Positions 55,101 through 64,000 of a DNA stretch of 64,000 bases are shown one piece after another (position 1 is the first letter of the stretch; each line of letters begins with the position of its first letter). The stretch spans positions 4,650,001 to 4,714,000 of the forward strand of contig OZ059899.1 of NCBI GenBank assembly GCA_964057225.1, in the 5' to 3' direction. The notes below the pieces were generated by a model. It ran no database searches and was not told the origin of the DNA. It saw only the letters and a program-made list of their open reading frames with translations. The translations under genes and the position numbers were made by a program. The stretch is from Auanema rhodensis. Lineage: Eukaryota; Animalia; Nematoda.

Positions 55101-56699
55101 ACGATGGACAATGTTATTCAACGAAAAAATTAATTCTTCAGGGTGAAAATCGAGGATATATGTGTGAACTTATATCAGTTGATATCTCGGTGCATTTTTA
55201 AGCTAGCGCAAATCTGATAACACAGATCGACGCAGCTTAAAAATCCGCATCGAATGCACTATACTACATTGAGAAACGCTTAATACAAAAATAAGTTATG
55301 ATCGTTTGAAAAATGATGCATTAGTGTATGTTGAGTTTCCATGTACACTCAACATTGCTTCCAAAAACATTTTGACAAAAATTTTTTCGAAAAATTTCAA
55401 AATAATTTAGCAAAAAGTAGATGTTTTTAGATTCCTTTTTTCAAGGCAAAGACGATGGACAATGTTATTCAACGAAAAAATTAATTCTTCAGGGTGAAAA
55501 TCGAGGATATAAGTGTAAACTTATATCAGTTGATATCTCGGTGCATTTTTAAGCTAGCGCAAATCTGATAACACAGATCGACGCAGCTTAAAAATCCGCA
55601 TCGAATGCACTATACTACATTGAGAAACGCTTAATACGAAAATCAGTTATGATCGTTTGAAAAATGATGCATTAGTGTATGTTGAGTTTCCATGTACACT
55701 CAACATTGCTTCCGAAAACATTTTGACAAAAATTTTTTCGAAAAATTTCAAAATAATTTAGCAAAAAGTAGATGTTTTTAGATTCCTTTTTTCAAGGCAA
55801 AGACGATGGACAATGTTATTCAACGAAAAAATTAATTCTTCAGGGTGAAAATCGAGGATATATGTGTGAACTTATATCAGTTGATATCTCGGTGCATTTT
55901 TGAGCTAGCGCAAATCTGATAACACAGATCGACGCAGCTTAAAAATCCGCATCGAATGCACTATACTACATTGAGAAACGCTTAATACAAAAATTAGTTA
56001 TGATCGTTTGAAAAATGATGCATTAGTGTATGTTGAGTTTCCATGTACACTCAACATTGCTTCCAAAAACATTTTGACAAAAATTTTTTCGAAAAATTTC
56101 AAAATAATTCAGCAAAAAGTAGATGTTTTTAGATTCCTTTTTTCAAGGCAAAGACGATGGACAATGTTATTCAACGAAAAAATTGATTCTTCAGGGTGAA
56201 AATCGAGGATATGTGTGTGAACTTATATCAGTTGATATCTCGGTGCATTTTTAAGCTAGCGCAAATCTGATAACACAGATCGACGCAGCTTAAAAATCCG
56301 CATCGAATGCACTATACTACATTGAGAAACGCTTAATACAAAAATAAGTTATGATTGTTTGAAAAATGATGCATTAGTGTATGTTGAGTTTCCATGTACA
56401 CTCAACATTGCTTCCAAAAACATTTTGACAAAAATTTTTTCGAAAAATTTCATTATAATTTAGCAAAAAGTAGATGTTTTTAGATTCCTTTTTTCAAGGC
56501 AAAGACGATGGACAGTGTTATTCAACGAAAAAATTAGTTCTTCAGGGTGAAAATCGAGGATATAAGTGTGAACTTATATCAGTTGATATCTCGGTGCATT
56601 TTTAAGCTAGCGCAAATCTGATAACACAGATCGACGCAGCTTAAAAATCCGCATCGAATGCACTATACTACATTGAGAAACGCATAATACAAAAATAAG

Positions 56700-59600
56700 T
56701 TATGATCGTTTGAAAAATGATGCATTAGTGTATGTTGAGTTTCCATGTACACTCAACATTGCTTCCAAAAACATTTTGACAAAAATTTTTTCGAAAAATT
56801 TCAAAATAATTTAGCAAAAAGTAGATGTTTTTAGATTCCTTTTTTCAAGGCAAAGACGATGGACAATGTTATTCAACGAAAAAATTAATTCTTCAGGGTG
56901 AAAATCGAGGATATAAGTGTGAACTTATATCAGTTGATATCTCGGTGCATTTTTAAGCTAGCGCAAATCTGATAACACAGATCGACGCAGCTTAAAAATC
57001 CGCATCGAATGCACTATACTACATTTAGAAACGCTTAATACGAAAATCAGTTATGATCGTTTGAAAAATGATGCATTAGTGTATGTTGAGTTTCCATGTA
57101 CACTCAACATTGCTTCCAAAAACATTTTGACAAAAATTTTTTCGAAAAATTTCAAAATAATTCAGCAAAAAGTAGATGTTTTTAGATTCCTTTTTTCAAG
57201 GCAAAGACGATGGACAATGTTATTCAACGAAAAAATTGATTCTTCAGGGTGAAAATCGACGATATGTGTGTGAACTTATATCAGTTGATATCTCGGTGCA
57301 TTTTTAAGCTAGCGCAAATCTGATAACACAGATCGACGCAGCTTAAAAATCCGCATCGAATGCACTATACTACATTGAGAAACGCTTAATACAAAAATAA
57401 GTTATGATCGTTTGAAAAATGATGCATTAGTGTATGTTGAGTTTCCATGTACACTCAACATTGCTTCCAAAAACATTTTGACAAAAATTTTTTCGAAAAA
57501 TTTCATCATAATTTAGCAAAAAGTAGATGTTTTTAGATTCCTTTTTTCAAGGCAAAGACGATGGACAATGTTATTCAACGAAAAAATTAGTTCTTCAGGG
57601 TGAAAATCGAGGATATAAGTGTGAACTTATATCAGTTGATATCTCGGTGCATTTTCAAGCTAGCGCAAATCTGATAACACAGATCGACGCAGCTTAAAAA
57701 TCCGCATCGAATGCACTATACTACATTGAGAAACGCTTAATACAAAAATAAGTTATGATCGTTTGAAAAATGATGCATTAGTGTATGTTGAGTTTCCATG
57801 TACACTCAACATTGCTTCCAAAAACATTTTGACAAAAATTTTTTCGAAAAATTTCAAAATAATTTAGCAAAAAGTAGATGTTTTTAGATTCCTTTTTTCA
57901 AGGCAAAGACGATGGACAATGTTATTCAACGAAAAAATTAATTCTTCAGGGTGAAAATCGAGGATATAAGTGTGAACTTATATCAGTTGATATCTCGGTG
58001 CATTTTTAAGCTAGCGCAAATCTGATAACACAGATCGACGCAGCTTAAAAATCCGCATCGAATGCACTATACTACATTTAGAAACGCTTAATACAAAAAT
58101 AAGTTATGATCGTTTGAAAAATGATGCATTAGTGTATGTTGAGTTTCCATGTACACTCAACATTGCTTCCAAAAACATTTTGACAAAAATTTTTTCGAAA
58201 AATTTCATTATAATTTAGCAAAAAGTAGATGTTTTTAGATTCCTTTTTTCAAGGCAAAGACGATGGACAATATTATTCAACGAAAAAATCAATTCTTCAG
58301 GGTGAAAATCGAGGATATATGTGTGAACTTATATCAGTTGATATCTCGGTGCATTTTTAAGCTAGCGCAAATCTGATAACACAGATCGACGCAGCTTAAA
58401 AATCCGCATCGAATGCACTATACTACATTGAGAAACGCTTAATACAAAAATCAGTTATGATCGTTTGAAAAATGATGCATTAGTGTATGTTGAGTTTCCA
58501 TGTACACTCAACATTGCTTCCAAAAACATTTTGACAAAAATTTTTTCGAAAAATTTCAAAATAATTTAGCAAAAAGTAGATGTTTTTAGATTCCTTTTTT
58601 CAAGGCAAAGACGATGGACAATGTTATTCAACGAAAAAATTAATTCTTCAGGGTGAAAATCGAGGATATAAGTGTGAACTTATATCAGTTGATATCTCGG
58701 TGCATTTTTAAGCTAGCGCAAATCTGATAACACAGATCGACGCAGCTTAAAAATCCGCATCGAATGCACTATACTACATTTAGAAACGCTTAATACGAAA
58801 ATCAGTTATGATCGTTTGAAAAATGATGCATTAGTGTATGTTGAGTTTCCATGTACACTCAACATTGCTTCCAAAAACATTTTGACAAAAATTTTTTCGA
58901 AAAATTTCAAAATAATTCAGCAAAAAGTAGATGTTTTTAGATTCCTTTTTTCAAGGCAAAGACGATGGACAATGTTATTCAACGAAAAAATTGATTCTTC
59001 AGGGTGAAAATCGACGATATGTGTGTGAACTTATATCAGTTGATATCTCGGTGCATTTTTAAGCTAGCGCAAATCTGATAACACAGATCGACGCAGCTTA
59101 AAAATCCGCATCGAATGCACTATACTACATTGAGAAACGCTTAATACAAAAATAAGTTATGATCGTTTGAAAAATGATGCATTAGTGTATGTTGAGTGTC
59201 CATGTACACTCAACATTGCTTCCAAAAACATTTTGACAAAAATTTTTTCGAAAAATTTCATTATAATTTAGCAAAAAGTAGATGTTTTTAGATTCCTTTT
59301 TTCAAGGCAAAGACGATGGACAATGTTATTCAACGAAAAAATTAGTTCTTCAGGGTGAAAATCGAGGATATAAGTGTGAACTTATATCAGTTGATATCTC
59401 GGTGCATTTTCAAGCTAGCGCAAATCTGATAACACAGATCGACGCAGCTTAAAAATCCGCATCGAATGCACTATACTACATTGAGAAACGCTTAATACAA
59501 AAATAAGTTATGATCGTTTGAAAAATGATGCATTAGTGTATGTTGAGTTTCCATGTACACTCAACATTGCTTCCAAAAACATTTTGACAAAAATTTTTTC

Positions 59601-60300
59601 GAAAAATTTCAAAATAATTTAGCAAAAAGTAGATGTTTTTAGATTCCTTTTTTCAAGGCAAAGACGATGGACAATGTTATTCAACGAAAAAATTAATTCT
59701 TCAGGGTGAAAATCGAGGATATAAGTGTGAACTTATATCAGTTGATATCTCGGTGCATTTTTAAGCTAGCGCAAATCTGATAACACAGATCGACGCAGCT
59801 TAAAAATCCGCATCGAATGCACTATACTACATTTAGAAACGCTTAATACAAAAATAAGTTATGATCGTTTGAAAAATGATGCATTAGTGTATGTTGAGTT
59901 TCCATGTACACTCAACATTGCTTCCAAAAACATTTTGACAAAAATTTTTTCGAAAAATTTCATTATAATTTAGCAAAAAGTAGATGTTTTTAGATTCCTT
60001 TTTTCAAGGCAAAGACGATGGACAATATTATTCAACGAAAAAATCAATTCTTCAGGGTGAAAATCGAGGATATATGTGTGAACTTATATCAGTTGATATC
60101 TCGGTGCATTTTTAAGCTAGCGCAAATCTGATAACACAGATCGACGCAGCTTAAAAATCCGCATCGAATGCACTATACTACATTGAGAAACGCTTAATAC
60201 AAAAATCAGTTATGATCGTTTGAAAAATGATGCATTAGTGTATGTTGAGTTTCCATGTACACTCAACATTGCTTCCAAAAACATTTTGACAAAAATTTTT
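56700..60300 (-). repeat. 5-monomer (1755-bp) tandem duplication
   Basis: CGACGAT at 57260/59015, TTTTCAAGC at 57656/59411 and AAATCAATTC at 58290/60045. Boundaries are approximate. Confidence 0.85.
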
Positions 60301-63300
60301 TCGAAAAATTTCCAAATAATTTAGCAAAAAGTAGATGTTTTTAGATTCCTTTTTTCAAGGCAAAGACGATGGACAATGTTATTCAACGAAAAAATTAATT
60401 CTTCAGGGTGAAAATCGAGGATATAAGTGTGAACTTATATCAGTTGATATCTCGGTGCATTTTTAAGCTAGCGCAAATCTGATAACACAGATCGACGCAG
60501 CTTAAAAATCCGCATCGAATGCACTATACTACATTGAGAAACGCTTAATACAAAAATTAGTTATGATCGTTTGAAAAATGATGCATTAGTGTATGTTGAG
60601 TTTCCATGTACACTCAACATTGCTTCCAAAAACATTTTGACAAAAATTTTTTCAAAAAATTTCAAAATAATTTAGCAAAAAGTAGATGTTTTTAGATTCC
60701 TTTTTTCAAGGCAAAGACGATGGACAATGTTATTCAACGAAAAAATTAATTCTTCAGGGTGAAAATCGAGGATATAAGTGTGAACTTATATCAGTTGATA
60801 TCTCGGTGCATTTTTAAGCTAGCGCAAATCTGATAACACAGATCGACGCAGCTTAAAAATCCGCATCGAATGCACTATACTACATTGAGAAACGCTTAAT
60901 ACAAAAATTAGTTATGATCGTTTGAAAAATGATGCATTAGTGTATGTTGAGTTTCCATGTACACTCAACATTGCTTCCAAAAACATTTTGACAAAAATTT
61001 TTTCAAAAAATTTCAAAATAATTTAGCAAAAAGTAGATGTTTTTAGATTCCTTTTTTCAAGGCAAAGACGATGGACAATGTTATTCAACGAAAAAATTAA
61101 TTCTTCAGGGTGAAAATCGAGGATATAAGTGTGAACTTATATCAGTTGATATCTCGGTGCATTTTTAAGCTAGCGCAAATCTGATAACACAGATCGACGC
61201 AGCTTAAAAATCCGCATCGAATGCACTATACTACATTGAGAAACGCTTAATACAAAAATTAGTTATGATCGTTTGAAAAATGATGCATTAGTGTATGTTG
61301 AGTTTCCATGTACACTCAACATTGCTTCCAAAAACATTTTGACAAAAATTTTTTCGAAAAATTTCAAAATAATTTAGCAAAAAGTAGATGTTTTTAGATT
61401 CCTTTTTTCAAGGCAAAGACGATGGACAATGTTATTCAACGAAAAAATTAATTCTTCAGGGTGAAAATCGAGGATATAAGTGTGAACTTATATCAGTTGA
61501 TATCTCGGTGCATTTTTAAGCTAGCGCAAATCTGATACCACAGATCGACGCAGCTTAAAAATCCGCATCGAATGCACTATACTACATTTAGAAACGCTTA
61601 ATACAAAAATAAGTTATGATCGTTTGAAAAATGATGCATTAGTGTATGTTGAGTTTCCATGTACACTCAACATTGCTTCCAAAAACATTTTGACAAAAAT
61701 TTTTTCGAAAAATTTCAAAATAATTTAGCAAAAAGTAGATGTTTTTAGATTCCTTTTTTCAAGGCAAAGACGATGGACAATGTTATTCAACGAAAAAATT
61801 AATTCTTCAGGGTGAAAATCGAGGATATAAGTGTGAACTTATATCAGTTGATATCTCGGTGCATTTTTAAGCTAGCGCAAATCTGATAACACAGATCGAC
61901 GCAGCTTAAAAATCCGCATCGAATGCACTATACTACATTTAGAAACGCTTAATACAAAAACAAGTTATGATCGTTTGAAAAATGATGCAGTAGTGTATGT
62001 TGAGTTTCCATGTACACTCAACATTGCTTCCAAAAACATTTTGACAAAAATTTTTTCGAAAAATTTCATTATAATTTAGCAAAAAGTAGATGTTTTTAGA
62101 TTCCTTTTTTCAAGGCAAAGACGATGGACAATGTTATTCAACGAAAAAATTAATTCTTCAGGGTGAAAATCGAGGATATAAGTGTGAACTTATATCAGTT
62201 GATATCTCGGTGCATTTTTAAGCTAGCGCAAATCTGATAACACAGATCGGCGCAGCTTAAAAATCCGCATCGAATGCACTATACTACATTGAGAAACGCT
62301 TAATACAAAAATAAGTTATGATCGTTTGAAAAATGATGCATTAGTGTATGTTGAGTTTCCATGTACACTCAACATTGCTTCCAAAAACATTTTGACAAAA
62401 ATTTTTTCGAAAAATTTCAAAATAATTTAGCAAAAAGTAGATGTTTTTAGATTCCTTTTTTCAAGGCAAAGACGATGGACAATGTTATTCAACGAAAAAA
62501 TTAATTCTTCAGGGTGAAAATCGAGGATATATGTGTGAACTTATATCAGTTGATATCTCGGTGCATTTTTAAGCTAGCGCAAATCTGATAACACAGATCG
62601 ACGCAGCTTAAAAATCCGCATCGAATGCACTATACTACATTTAGAAACGCTTAATACGAAAATCAGTTATGATCGTTTGAAAAATGATGCATTAGTGTAT
62701 GTTGAGTTTCCATGTACACTCAACATTGCTTCCAAAAACATTTTGACAAAAATTTTTTCGAAAAATTTCAAAATAATTTAGCAAAAAGTAGATGTTTTTA
62801 GATTCCTTTTTTCAAGGCAAAGACGATGGACAATGTTATTCAACGAAAAAATTAATTCTTCAGGGTGAAAATCGAGGATATAAGTGTGAACTTATATCAG
62901 TTGATATCTCGGTGCATTTTTAAGCTAGCGCAAATCTGATAACACAGATCGACGCAGCTTAAAAATCCGCATCGAATGCACTATACTACATTTAGAAACG
63001 CTTAATACGAAAATCAGTTATGATCGTTTGAAAAATGATGCATTAGTGTATGTTGAGTTTCCATGTACACTCAACATTGCTTCCAAAAACATTTTGACAA
63101 AAATTTTTTCGAAAAATTTCAAAATAATTCAGCAAAAAGTAGATGTTTTTAGATTCCTTTTTTCAAGGCAAAGACGATGGACAATGTTATTCAACGAAAA
63201 AATTGATTCTTCAGGGTGAAAATCGACGATATGTGTGTGAACTTATATCAGTTGATATCTCGGTGCATTTTTAAGCTAGCGCAAATCTGATAACACAGAT

Positions 63301-64000
63301 CGACGCAGCTTAAAAATCCGCATCGAATGCACTATACTACATTGAGAAACGCTTAATACAAAAATAAGTTATGATCGTTTGAAAAATGATGCATTAGTGT
63401 ATGTTGAGTTTCCATGTACACTCAACATTGCTTCCAAAAACATTTTGACAAAAATTTTTTCGAAAAATTTCATTATAATTTAGCAAAAAGTAGATGTTTT
63501 TAGATTCCTTTTTTCAAGGCAAAGACGATGGACAATGTTATTCAACGAAAAAATTAGTTCTTCAGGGTGAAAATCGAGGATATAAGTGTGAACTTATATC
63601 AGTTGATATCTCGGTGCATTTTCAAGCTAGCGCAAATCTGATAACACAGATCGACGCAGCTTAAAAATCCGCATCGAATGCACTATACTACATTGAGAAA
63701 CGCTTAATACAAAAATAAGTTATGATCGTTTGAAAAATGATGCATTAGTGTATGTTGAGTTTCCATGTACACTCAACATTGCTTCCAAAAACATTTTGAC
63801 AAAAATTTTTTCGAAAAATTTCAAAATAATTTAGCAAAAAGTAGATGTTTTTAGATTCCTTTTTTCAAGGCAAAGACGATGGACAATGTTATTCAACGAA
63901 AAAATTAATTCTTCAGGGTGAAAATCGAGGATATAAGTGTGAACTTATATCAGTTGATATCTCGGTGCATTTTTAAGCTAGCGCAAATCTGATAACACAG

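Larger units (their letters stand above)
35013..64000 (-). repeat. Same 351-bp satellite in reverse-complement orientation (~82.6 monomers; continues beyond the right edge)
   Basis: The sequence reads GATATAAGTGTGAACTTATATCAGTTGATATCTCGGTGC..., the reverse complement of the left-arm monomer. The 351-bp period is confirmed by repeated-ORF offsets (1755, 1404, 4212), with +2-bp insertion monomers at ~45557 and ~50824. Confidence 0.99.

Noticed and set aside
39507-63219. Repeated 63-aa + strand ORFs (MKNDALVYVEF...)
   Set aside because: They open only in monomers where one SNP turns TTTAGC into TTCAGC (TAG to CAG). They start at TTG, have no recognisable domain, and most copies retain the stop.
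1-64000. CRISPR array or other repeat-spacer system
   Set aside because: There are no unique spacers. The entire 351-bp unit is repeated.
1-64000. Assignment to a named ~350-360-bp satellite family or to a species
   Set aside because: Length and AT-richness resemble several insect and plant satellites, but I cannot match the sequence from memory. A database search is needed.

Overview
The whole 64-kb window is one AT-rich tandem satellite with a 351-bp monomer (GATATAAGTT... at 1, 352, 703...), about 182 copies that differ by only a few substitutions each. There are no credible genes, RNA genes, transposons or CRISPR arrays. The main feature is a single orientation switch at ~35011-35025: ~99.8 monomers run forward (1-35011) and ~82.6 run in reverse complement (35013-64000). 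This makes a converging inverted repeat with arms of at least 29 kb and an unpaired spacer of ~130 bp. The two arms carry different diagnostic variants, and each has its own local higher-order repeats (periods of 2, 3, 4, 5, 7, 11/15 and 21 monomers). The monomer itself is a chain of dyad symmetries and A/T tracts. This looks like eukaryotic (peri)centromeric or heterochromatic satellite DNA (inference). I cannot name the species or satellite family from sequence alone. All listed ORFs are by-products of SNPs in the repeat. Variant positions were read by eye, not by computed alignment.
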